A DNA stretch of 64,000 bases, from assembly GCA_965223845.1 (NCBI GenBank), contig CBDCXR010000004.1, forward strand, positions 3,616,001 to 3,680,000, written 5' to 3'. Source of the DNA: Planctomycetota bacterium. Lineage in GTDB: Bacteria; Planctomycetota; UBA8108; SXIK01. Positions 19,611 through 28,532 of the stretch are shown here, in pieces (the stretch's first letter is position 1; every line of letters starts with the position of its first letter). A program made the translations under genes and the position numbers. Under the pieces are notes generated by a model, which saw only the letters and a list, made by a program, of their open reading frames with translations, searched no databases and had not been told where the DNA came from.

Positions 19611-20641
19611 ACATCGCCGGACGCATCGAGGACATTCTGTCGGCTCGCCCCATCGGTGAGCAGGAGGGCGAAGCGCTCGGATCTTCGCGCGAGGGCCGAA
19701 CCTTGCGCGGGTTTCGCTTCGGGTCGGGCTCGATGCGCGTCAGTCTCCTCGGCGGCGCGCACGCCGACGAGCCGGTCGGCCCGCGTCTTCTTCGACACGC
19801 CTGTTCGTACTTCGGCTCGCTCTCTTCTCGCGACGAGCTGCTCTCGCGTTATTCATGGTGGATCGTCCCCCACATCAACCCCGACGGCGAAGCGCGGAAT
19901 CGCGAATGGTACGCCGACGAGGACGAGCGCTACAACTTCGCCCGCTATCTCAAGCACGTAGTCCGCGAGCTCCCGGGCGACGACATCGAGTTCGGCTTCC
20001 CGCGCCCCGGCGAGAACGATCCCAGCGCTCGCCCGGAAAACGCGGCGGTTCGGCGCTGGTGGGAGTCGGCGGGCGGACCGTTCGCCCTCCACGCGTCACT
20101 CCACGGGATGTCCGTCGCCGCAGGGCCCTGGTTTCTCATCGAGCCGGCCTGGGCGGATCGTGTCGAGTTGCTCAAGGAGCGCTGCCGAGAGGCCGTACGG
20201 GAGCTCGGCTACTCCCTTCACGACGTCGAACGCCACGGGGAGAAGGGATTCGTGCGTCTGGGTCGCGGATTCTGCACGCGACCGGACTCCGCGCGGATGC
20301 GCGAGCACTTTCTCGCGCTCGATGATCCGGCGACCGCGGGGCTCTTTCGGCCGAGCTCTATGGAAACGATTCGCTCGCTCGGCGGGGATCCCCTCACACT
20401 CGTGTCGGAGATGCCGCTCTTTCTTCTCCCCGGTGTGGGCGAGACGCTCGGCCCGCCCGATCCTGTCGCGGAGGAATGGCGCGCTAAGATCGACGCGTGG
20501 CGGCGCGACGCCGCGAGGGAGGACGAGAGTGATCGAGTGAACGAGGAAGCCGCGCGCGACGGTCTTCGCGCGATGCCGATCCGGGACCAAATGCGGCTTC
20601 AGTGGACGTTCGTCGCCGCGGGGATCGAGACGGCTCGGTAG
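19607..20641 (+). CDS. M14-family zinc carboxypeptidase-like protein
   Basis: GSSREGR, HADE (HxxE), INPDG, SLHGM, late SEMP. ATGA overlap with the LOG gene. Confidence 0.8.
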   Translation: MNIAGRIEDILSARPIGEQEGEALGSSREGRTLRGFRFGSGSMRVSLLGGAHADEPVGPRLLRHACSYFGSLSSRDELLSRYSWWIVPHINPDGEARNREWYADEDERYNFARYLKHVVRELPGDDIEFGFPRPGENDPSARPENAAVRRWWESAGGPFALHASLHGMSVAAGPWFLIEPAWADRVELLKERCREAVRELGYSLHDVERHGEKGFVRLGRGFCTRPDSARMREHFLALDDPATAGLFRPSSMETIRSLGGDPLTLVSEMPLFLLPGVGETLGPPDPVAEEWRAKIDAWRRDAAREDESDRVNEEAARDGLRAMPIRDQMRLQWTFVAAGIETAR

Positions 20642-20740
20642 AGTCGTTCTTCCCGTTCCACGGTCACGGCCGACGAGATTCTCGGTGAACTGTCTTCCCC
20701 GATCCCCGTCGGATGACGACAACGTCGGCGAACGGAAGGG

Positions 20741-22435
20741 TTACGGACGACGCGGAGATCCATCCTGCCCTAGATCCAATACCGACAGTCCCTGCTCGTA
20801 GACGATGTCGACGGGAATCCCCGCCTCCGCGAGCCGCCCGAGGTCTCCCGCGAGCGTCTCGGTCATCGCGCCGTCCTCCTCCATCCAGGCCCGAACGCCA
20901 TCGCCGTCGCCGCGTCCCTGAAGAATGAGGATCTTCCGGGACAAGCTTTCGATCGCGGCGCGCATCGCCTCGGGCTCGACGCGGTACGTCCCGCTCGCGT
21001 CGTCGCGTGAGAACGCGTTCATGCGCCGGAAGAAGTTGAAGCGGAGAAGGTTCGCGCGCCCGTGTGCGCTCGACGCGCCGAAGCGGATCGAGCGGAAGAT
21101 CCCCGCGAGAAAAGTGACGTAATTGTCCATCAGGTCGCCGTCCGTGATCACCCCATCGCCGCGGAGACGCTCGACCATGTAAAGCCCGAGAACATCCGCC
21201 TTTCCTTCCTCGAGCGCCGAGGCCTCGGCCCCCAGGGCTTCGCGCACGGTTCCCTTCCCGTTGATCGTGTTCTTGATTCCGAGACCGTGGGCGACTTCGT
21301 GGAACATAGTGTTCCCGAAGAACGCCTCGAAGGAGATGTGCTTTCGCTGGTCGGGCGCGATGAGCATGTCCGCGAGCGGGACGAGGATGCGATCGAACTT
21401 CGCGCGCATGGAGTTCTTGAGCTGGAGCCGTCGCGTCCCCTTCTCGAGCTGGACGCGTTCGTCGTTCGGAAGATTGATCGCGATCGTCTTCGAGCCCGCG
21501 TTCGCGTCGCCACCGACGTAGACGACGTCGTACGCATTGAGATCGGAGTCGCGGCCCGGCGTCTCCGTCTTGAATTCGGGCGGCACCGGAAGCCCTTGCT
21601 GGAGACCGGGGAGATGCTGCGCGTAGACCGCAAGGCGTTCGCTCCACTCGACATCCTTCACGAGGACGAAGCACTCGGCGGCCGCCTTCATTCCGAAGAG
21701 ACGATCCTCGTAGGTTTCGATCGGACCCACGACGACGTCGAGGCGATTCGTCTTCATGTCCATCCACGCGAGATCGCTCTCGAGGTAGTCGCCCGAGAGA
21801 AGCGCGTCCGCCCGAAGCTTCAGATAGCGCTTGAGTCCGTCGTCCTCGGCGAGCTCGGCCGCCGCGCGGAGATTCGTTGCCGCGCGCGCCATCTCGTCGG
21901 CGTAGATCTCGTGGTAAGGGATCGCAAGGAGACGGCCGTCCGGTCGGCGGCGGATCACGGTGTACAGCGAACGAAAGGCTTCGTCGTCGTTTGGATTCTT
22001 CGCGAGATGCGCTTCGAACTCTTCGGCCGTCATATCGCGCGGGTAGAAGTTTGCGCCAAGGGGCTTCTCCCCCACGCCGTCTACCAACGGGCGATTGCCA
22101 TCGAGCCGATCCCACGGTCCGTAGTAGATCTCGCAGATCGGCAGCGCCGAGGCCGGCGTCGAGCGGATCAGCTCGCTCCGGTCGCCGTAGGCCTGTTGCC
22201 AGAAGATCGCATCCATCGCCTCAGCCGCCGCGATGAGAAGCGGAATCATGTTCCGCTCGGAGGCGGAGAGCGAGCTCAGGTCGGGCGCCAAGCGAACTCG
22301 GCTGAAGTCCCGCGCGCGGGCCGCGGGATCGAGCGGCGTCGAGCTTGTGGTCTGACAGGCCGGAACGACAACGAAAAGTCCGAGCGCTAGGACGAGCCAC
22401 CGCCCTCTCGCCGGAAGAGAGAATCGAGGAACCAT
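20741..22435 (-). CDS. Dipeptidyl-peptidase III (M49) family lipoprotein
   Basis: Lipobox-like VVPAC, GPIETYED, AINLPND, HEVAHGLG, EEGKAD. Confidence 0.88.
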   Translation of the reverse strand: MVPRFSLPARGRWLVLALGLFVVVPACQTTSSTPLDPAARARDFSRVRLAPDLSSLSASERNMIPLLIAAAEAMDAIFWQQAYGDRSELIRSTPASALPICEIYYGPWDRLDGNRPLVDGVGEKPLGANFYPRDMTAEEFEAHLAKNPNDDEAFRSLYTVIRRRPDGRLLAIPYHEIYADEMARAATNLRAAAELAEDDGLKRYLKLRADALLSGDYLESDLAWMDMKTNRLDVVVGPIETYEDRLFGMKAAAECFVLVKDVEWSERLAVYAQHLPGLQQGLPVPPEFKTETPGRDSDLNAYDVVYVGGDANAGSKTIAINLPNDERVQLEKGTRRLQLKNSMRAKFDRILVPLADMLIAPDQRKHISFEAFFGNTMFHEVAHGLGIKNTINGKGTVREALGAEASALEEGKADVLGLYMVERLRGDGVITDGDLMDNYVTFLAGIFRSIRFGASSAHGRANLLRFNFFRRMNAFSRDDASGTYRVEPEAMRAAIESLSRKILILQGRGDGDGVRAWMEEDGAMTETLAGDLGRLAEAGIPVDIVYEQGLSVLDLGQDGSPRRP

Positions 22436-22565
22436 GTGCGACTTCTCCGCGCGGTTGGTGGAATGGGAGACTCAGAATACCCGCGGCGACTCAGTTTCCG
22501 AACTCCGCTCAACCTTCGGCGACGATCGTCCGATATCTCGAACGAAGACCACGACGGAGCTCACC

Positions 22566-23261
22566 ATGGATCCAGCTTGGTTCGGGAATCTTTTCGAAGT
22601 GTCCGGTCTGCCCCGCCCGGCGGCCTGGATCATCTGCACGTTCGTCTCGATGGGCTGCGGGGCGCTCGTCGGACTCGAGCGCGAGCACGCCGAAAAGCCG
22701 GCGGGACTCCGAACGCTCGTTCTCATCTGCGTCGGCTCGACGATCTTTACGTTCGTGTCGCAGCTCATGGCGACGGGACCGATGTCCGATCCGGCGCGGA
22801 TCTCCGCGCAGATCGTCTCCGGGATCGGCTTTCTCGGCGCCGGGGCCATCCTCCGCTACAACGGCACGGTCGTCGGCCTGACGACCGGCGCCGCGATTTG
22901 GACGGTCGCAGCCGTCGGAATGACCGTCGGGAGCGGTCACGCGTTCATCGGGATCGTGTTCACGATCGTGATCTTTCTCACCCTCACGGTGCTCGAGAGG
23001 TTCACCTGGGTCGCCGTCGGGAAGTGCGAGCACTGGGACGTCGAAGTCCGCTACCGCGACTCGACCGGGATCGTCCTCACCCGGATCGAGGACGTGCTCA
23101 ACGCCCACGCCATCGCGCCGCGGAAGATCGAGCTCCCGACGAGCGATCGGATCGAGGGCTGCGTCTCCGCGCGAGTCTGCCACTCACACCGCGAGCACCG
23201 TATCGTCCTTCGGCAACTGGCCGATGTCGAAGGTGTCGACGGAATCACCGTCGAGCGTTGA
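22566..23261 (+). CDS. MgtC/SapB family protein
   Basis: GLERE, PAGLRT, DPARISAQIVSGIGFLGAG, GLTT. Confidence 0.92.
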   Translation: MDPAWFGNLFEVSGLPRPAAWIICTFVSMGCGALVGLEREHAEKPAGLRTLVLICVGSTIFTFVSQLMATGPMSDPARISAQIVSGIGFLGAGAILRYNGTVVGLTTGAAIWTVAAVGMTVGSGHAFIGIVFTIVIFLTLTVLERFTWVAVGKCEHWDVEVRYRDSTGIVLTRIEDVLNAHAIAPRKIELPTSDRIEGCVSARVCHSHREHRIVLRQLADVEGVDGITVER

Positions 23262-23350
23262 CGTTCCGAAGGTGCCGCCTAGTCCGAAACGCCCTTTCGC
23301 TCCCGCTCCCGTGGAGCGTGAGCATTCTCTCTACCGCGACGCCGACGCCC

Positions 23351-24244
23351 CTACTTGAGGAAGCCGGCGCTCGACATGAAGAGGCGCTCCCGCGCCGGCG
23401 CGCTGATCTCTTCGCGACTCTCGATCTCCGAGAGGTGAGCGGCACAGTACTCGCACTCGGCGGTCTCGAGGTGGAATGCGACGTAGTCCGTCCAATCGGC
23501 GTCGAGCACGCCGAGCGCGTAGGATCCGAGGGTCGTTCGCTTGATGCAGCTGAACATGTTCTCGCGCCAGACTCGCGTGACGAGCGCGCCCGCCTCGCCA
23601 TCGGCGAGCTCGCCGATCGCATCGCTTTTCGCGTGACGCCGGACCGAGCGATGGAGCTGCTCGATGAGCGACTTTCGCGTGCGCGACACCGTCGGCTCGC
23701 TGGTATCGGCGATCGCCGCGGCCTCCTGATTGCTGCGGCCGAGGGAGAAGATCACCTCGAGGATCTTGAGGTCGCGAAACCGCTTCTCGCTCTTTAGCCG
23801 CGCGAGGACTTCGTCGAGCGCACTCGCTAGGACGATCGCTCGGGCGTCTTTCGACTCCTCGCGCCGCGCGTACGAGCTGGGCGTACTTTCCGGCGACGCC
23901 ACGGGTAGACCGCCGCCCGATTCATGCGCGTCGAGCGATACCGCCCCGCGCATCGGCCCCCTCGCGCGCGCGAGATCGGCGATGCGACAGCGCAGGATCG
24001 TGAAGAGATACGCCTGGAGCGAGCGCACGCCGGCCAGACGGTCCATATTGCGGAGGAGCGAGAGAAACGTCTCCTGGACAGCGTCCTCCGGATCGAGACC
24101 GCTTCCCTGCAGTTTCCGCGCCGCGAACGCCTTCAGTCTCCCTCCGAAGCGATCGACGAGCTGCCGAAACGCATCGGACGATCCGCGCCGGATCTCGTCG
24201 AGGAGAAACCGATCCCCTTCTCCCTTGACGCTGTCTCCGCTCAT
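23351..24244 (-). CDS. ECF sigma factor with fused C-terminal zinc-binding anti-sigma-like domain
   Basis: sigma2 (AFRQLVDRF, DPEDAVQETF, YLFTI), sigma4-like HTH, then C-x24-H-x5-C-x2-C. Confidence 0.85.
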   Translation of the reverse strand: MSGDSVKGEGDRFLLDEIRRGSSDAFRQLVDRFGGRLKAFAARKLQGSGLDPEDAVQETFLSLLRNMDRLAGVRSLQAYLFTILRCRIADLARARGPMRGAVSLDAHESGGGLPVASPESTPSSYARREESKDARAIVLASALDEVLARLKSEKRFRDLKILEVIFSLGRSNQEAAAIADTSEPTVSRTRKSLIEQLHRSVRRHAKSDAIGELADGEAGALVTRVWRENMFSCIKRTTLGSYALGVLDADWTDYVAFHLETAECEYCAAHLSEIESREEISAPARERLFMSSAGFLK

Positions 24245-25410
24245 GTCACTCCTGCGATTTGGACCACGGCGTAGATCACGCCCCAGCAGAGAACTCCGAC
24301 CAAAGCTCCCGAGACAAGACGGAGCGGTATCGCCCAGCGGCCGGTCCGGCTGGCGCCGATGAAGACAGCGACGAGGAAGGCCCCGAAGAGGGCGAGCACG
24401 GCGAGACCGGCGATCGCGAAGCCGAGCGGGCTCTCTCGTCGCCGAGAGATGCGCTCATGCCGTTCGAGGATGTCTCCGGCCGTTCGGCCGAGATCCGCGC
24501 TCTCCGCCGGGAGCCCCACCGCCGCGCGGTAGAGCCTTCCGCCGCCCGATCCAGACCACTCGAGGTGGACCTTCATCGGCCCCTCGTAGTCGTATCTCGC
24601 AATCGACTCGGCGATCGGCACCAGCGAGATGACATCGCGCTCCGGTTGAGCGCGCTTGAGCTCGAGAAGGCATCGAACCGCGAGCTTGTACGCCGCACGC
24701 TGTCGGGCTTCGTATTCGGCGGCCGCAACGCTGCGCGCAGGATCGGAGAATCCGTAGACGAAGCCGTCGGGCTCCGCCACCGTGCAAAATCGGGTTCCCG
24801 CGACGTCGATCGTTTCCTCGCCCTGCTCGAGCGCGGTGGGAAGCCAGGGCGGGATGGAAGTTTCCTCCGGGGGACGGAAGTTGAGCCGCGACGACGCCGC
24901 CCAGGCGCGCGCGTCCCACATCGCCGAAGAGTCGCCGCTCACGCTCGCGCGGAACACTTTGGCGCCCGGTCGCCGATCGATTTCGGTCTCGATGTCGGCC
25001 GAAGCGGCGTCGAGCACGAGCCGTGGACGCGGACCCGCGCGGTACTCGAGCACCTCGGCGCCACCCGGTGGACGATCGACGAAGAAGAGCGCAGCGACTC
25101 CGATCGCGACGAATGCGGCGACGGAGTATGGGCCCGGCCGAAATCGAAAGCACGCCCATGCGACGACCCCGATGGCGACGATGACGACGAAGACTAGGGT
25201 CATGCCCGGCACGGGAAGCGATTGCCGCCCAGCGGCTTCCGCCGGCACGTCGGTGGCCGATCGGAGGTAGAAGATCCCGATCGCAAGAACGACGCCGACT
25301 CCTCCCGCGATCTTCAAGATCGTCGAGCGCGTCGACGGCTTCGCGCGGACGAGAACGAAGACCCCGATCCCGACGAGGGCGAGGACGAAGTACACAAGCG
25401 GGATGTCCAT
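24241..25410 (-). CDS. Hypothetical membrane protein (about 4 N-terminal TM, soluble domain, 2 C-terminal TM)
   Basis: Hydrophobic segments; overlaps both neighbours (TAATG and ATGA). Confidence 0.75.
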   Translation of the reverse strand: MDIPLVYFVLALVGIGVFVLVRAKPSTRSTILKIAGGVGVVLAIGIFYLRSATDVPAEAAGRQSLPVPGMTLVFVVIVAIGVVAWACFRFRPGPYSVAAFVAIGVAALFFVDRPPGGAEVLEYRAGPRPRLVLDAASADIETEIDRRPGAKVFRASVSGDSSAMWDARAWAASSRLNFRPPEETSIPPWLPTALEQGEETIDVAGTRFCTVAEPDGFVYGFSDPARSVAAAEYEARQRAAYKLAVRCLLELKRAQPERDVISLVPIAESIARYDYEGPMKVHLEWSGSGGGRLYRAAVGLPAESADLGRTAGDILERHERISRRRESPLGFAIAGLAVLALFGAFLVAVFIGASRTGRWAIPLRLVSGALVGVLCWGVIYAVVQIAGVT

Positions 25411-28400
25411 TACGCGTTCACCTCACCCGGAAGCGTCTCGCGCGGGACGGATTCTCGGCGGACGTCGACTCGCGGCCACGAAAGGAGCACGGCTCCGAGA
25501 CCGGCCGAGAGCAGACTTCCGACGAGGAATACCGCCAAGGACTCATCATCTCCGAGCGCGTGGACGTTGAGATCCGAGGCGACGCGAACGAGATCGCTCA
25601 CGGTCGCGAGAAGGAGAAGCGAGATGAACACGAACGTCTGCCCGATCGCGCCGCGTGCGACGTGCGAGAGCCCCGCGGAGAAGCGCGAAATCGTGATGCA
25701 GACCGCCCCCCCGACGATGGCGAGTCCAGCGGCGATCCAGCCGCGAGTCTCGGCGAACTCGTGGAATGCCGAGCCGCCGAGGTCCGTCCGCAGCACCTCG
25801 GTCGCGAGACCCGTCCGAGCGGCCGCGACGGCGATCCCGAGCGCGACACCGATGATCCAGAGCATCGTCCCCACGCCGAGCCAGTTCGATCCCTTCGTGC
25901 CGGGCGCCGAGACAAAGAGCCCCCGAACGCGCTCGAGGAGAGGCGACTCGGGCACCTCGTCGGGCCCCCGGAGGAAGAAGGTGAACACCCCGAACGCCGT
26001 ACTCGTGATCGCGATCACGACGAAAACGAGCATCTCCTCCGAGCGGATCGGTAAGGAGATGGCGTACGGGACGACACAGACGCCGAGCGCCGCGCACACG
26101 ACGGAGAGAAAGAACGGACGAAGCGTCCCCCCCCAGAGGTGACCGCGGCGACGGCGGAGCGCCTGGCGGAGAAAGAAGACTCCGAAGACGAAGAGCGACC
26201 AACCCGTCGCGATCGCGGCGAACTGGTGGTACGGGTAGCGGTGCATCACCATGATTCCGACAGTCACGCAACCGAGCGCGCCGAGGAAGAGAGCAAACGC
26301 CGCGACGAAGTAGATCAGTCGAAAGAACACGCGCACCGAGCGGAGATGGTTCGGGAGGCCGGTCTCGTCGCCGACGGGTGCGAGCCGCCGGAGAACCGGC
26401 TCGATCACGATGAAGAACCCGAGGACGAAGAGCCCGCCGAGCTGCATCATGAGCGCCACGAACGACTCTTCGCTTCCGAAGGACCACAGATTCATCGGCG
26501 GCGCCAAGAGGAACACGGCTGCCGAAACAGCGGCTATGACCCCTCCGGTGGCGATGAGGAACGGGCGCAGCGTCCGTCCCCAAAACGACGGTCGCCGCGC
26601 GAAGACTCCCCGGTACACCGCGAAGCCCGCGTAGACGAAGAGCCCGAAGCCGCAGGCGATGCAGGCGAGCATCTCCTCGTTGTCCCGCGGAGAGAATTCG
26701 AGCACTGCCGGCGCGACGAGACACGAGATCGCACCCGAGAGAAGCGCGGCAGCGATCGCAAGCCATACGACTCGGGTGCCGAAGGCAGGTGGTTCGCGAG
26801 ACGGAGCGGCCGGGCCGGCGGCGGCCGCTGCGGGCGACGCGCCCGCGGGGCTCGGCGCGGCAGCCGCGCGGCGGTCGTCCGCCGGCGGTCGGTGCGCCGG
26901 AGTCGGGCCTCGACCGCCGGGCGCATCCGGATCGTCCTCGCTTCCACGGTCTTCGCGGTGGGTTCCGCGACGGCGGGCACGCACCTCACTCGGAACGAAC
27001 GGAACGAGCGAGTTCACGAGGAGCGAGCCCGTGAAGAAGATCGCCGCACACGCGATCGGGTTCCCGCGGAGAAAGAGTGCGATTGCGAACGCGCCGAGTG
27101 CCGCGCCAAAGGCCGAGCTGACCGACACCCGCTCCTGGCGAAGCGGTCGCAAGCGGATCGACCAATCGATCACGACCATCGCGATGAACGCGGGCAGCGG
27201 CCACGCCCTGAACGCGTCGAGCCCGATCGTAATCGGGAGCGCCGCGACGGCGAGAGCGAGGAGATTCCAGCCCATTCCCTTCCCCACCCCGAGCCGCGGC
27301 GCGAGAAAGTAGTGCGTGACGAGAGCGCCGGCGGCGACCCCCGCCGCCGCGAGTGCCATCGCGAAAGCGCGATGGGTCGCGTCGAAAAAACCGTAGACCG
27401 CCGTCGCCCCGAGAAGCACGAGCGCAAGCCGAGTGAGCCGCGCACCGAAGGGGATCGAGTCGAGCGACTCCGCCTCCGCGTGTGAAGGATTCCACTTCGC
27501 GCTGGATCCCGCTGCGCCCGCGACGGGCTCGGCTGTCGGCGGCGGAGGTGGAGGTGGAGGCGGCGGAGGTGGAGGTGGCGACGGAGCTCTCGGCGGAGTC
27601 CCGACGACCGGCGGCGGCGTGACGACCTGCGTCGCCTCGACCGGGGCGCCGAACGTAACGGCAGGATCACCGTCCGCCATCTGCACTCGCCGCGCTGCGT
27701 GCGACAAGCTCGCGGGATTGAACACCGAGACGCTGGTCGTGAGCTCGGGGCTGAGAAAGAGCGCCTCCGCGACTTCCTCGGCACTTTGGTACCGATCCTC
27801 CGGCCGCTTCGCCAAAGTCTTCTTGAGGACGGCGCGAAACGGCTCGTCGATCGACTCGAGATCCGGCTCCGCCGTCAGGTGCTTCATGAGAATCTCGCCG
27901 AAGCTGTCTCCCGTGAACGGGACGACGCCGGTGATGAGCTCGTACATGATCACGCCGAAGGCGTAGATATCGATCGAGCGATGGTAGTGTCCCGATCCGA
28001 TCTCCGGCGCCATGTAGTGAACCGTGCCGACGCTCATCGTCTGCCCGCTCTGATGCGAAGCACTGATGAACTTCGAGAGCCCGTAGTCCCCGATCTTCAC
28101 GAAGCCGTCTTCGTAGAAGATGTTCTCCGGCTTGAGATCGCGGTGAACGATGCCCTGATCGTGGAGGTACGCGAGCCCCTTTGTGATCTCGCGCACGAGA
28201 TAGCCCGTCTTTTGTGTACCGAGTCCCTGCGGATTATCGCGGAGGAGATCGCGGAGCGACGGTCCGGTCACGTACTCCATGATCACGATCGGCATCCCCG
28301 ACTCGCCCGTCCGGACGTCGAAGATCGAGACGAGCTGCGGGCTCTTCAGATTGATGCAGCTGCGCACGCCGCGGAGCTCGATCTCCTCGTTTTGGAAGAT

Positions 28401-28532
28401 CGTCTTCAGCGCGACGTCGCGACCGCCGTCGCTTACGGCGTAATAGACTTCGCCGAAGCCGCCGCGGCCGACCCCGCGCTGAATCGTGTAACCCTCGAGC
28501 GGCCGATCGCCGTGGTTGTATCGAAAGTTCAC
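25410..28532 (-). CDS. Hanks-type Ser/Thr kinase with poly-Pro linker and large polytopic membrane C-terminus
   Basis: GRGGFGEVY, VALK, HRDLKPEN, KIGDYG, GTVHYMAPE. GTG start overlaps the upstream stop (GTGA). Confidence 0.92.
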   Translation of the reverse strand: MNFRYNHGDRPLEGYTIQRGVGRGGFGEVYYAVSDGGRDVALKTIFQNEEIELRGVRSCINLKSPQLVSIFDVRTGESGMPIVIMEYVTGPSLRDLLRDNPQGLGTQKTGYLVREITKGLAYLHDQGIVHRDLKPENIFYEDGFVKIGDYGLSKFISASHQSGQTMSVGTVHYMAPEIGSGHYHRSIDIYAFGVIMYELITGVVPFTGDSFGEILMKHLTAEPDLESIDEPFRAVLKKTLAKRPEDRYQSAEEVAEALFLSPELTTSVSVFNPASLSHAARRVQMADGDPAVTFGAPVEATQVVTPPPVVGTPPRAPSPPPPPPPPPPPPPPTAEPVAGAAGSSAKWNPSHAEAESLDSIPFGARLTRLALVLLGATAVYGFFDATHRAFAMALAAAGVAAGALVTHYFLAPRLGVGKGMGWNLLALAVAALPITIGLDAFRAWPLPAFIAMVVIDWSIRLRPLRQERVSVSSAFGAALGAFAIALFLRGNPIACAAIFFTGSLLVNSLVPFVPSEVRARRRGTHREDRGSEDDPDAPGGRGPTPAHRPPADDRRAAAAPSPAGASPAAAAAGPAAPSREPPAFGTRVVWLAIAAALLSGAISCLVAPAVLEFSPRDNEEMLACIACGFGLFVYAGFAVYRGVFARRPSFWGRTLRPFLIATGGVIAAVSAAVFLLAPPMNLWSFGSEESFVALMMQLGGLFVLGFFIVIEPVLRRLAPVGDETGLPNHLRSVRVFFRLIYFVAAFALFLGALGCVTVGIMVMHRYPYHQFAAIATGWSLFVFGVFFLRQALRRRRGHLWGGTLRPFFLSVVCAALGVCVVPYAISLPIRSEEMLVFVVIAITSTAFGVFTFFLRGPDEVPESPLLERVRGLFVSAPGTKGSNWLGVGTMLWIIGVALGIAVAAARTGLATEVLRTDLGGSAFHEFAETRGWIAAGLAIVGGAVCITISRFSAGLSHVARGAIGQTFVFISLLLLATVSDLVRVASDLNVHALGDDESLAVFLVGSLLSAGLGAVLLSWPRVDVRRESVPRETLPGEVNA
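27537..27578 (-). repeat. CCN x14 poly-proline coding tract
   Basis: 14 consecutive Pro codons (CCA/CCT/CCG mix). Confidence 0.9.
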
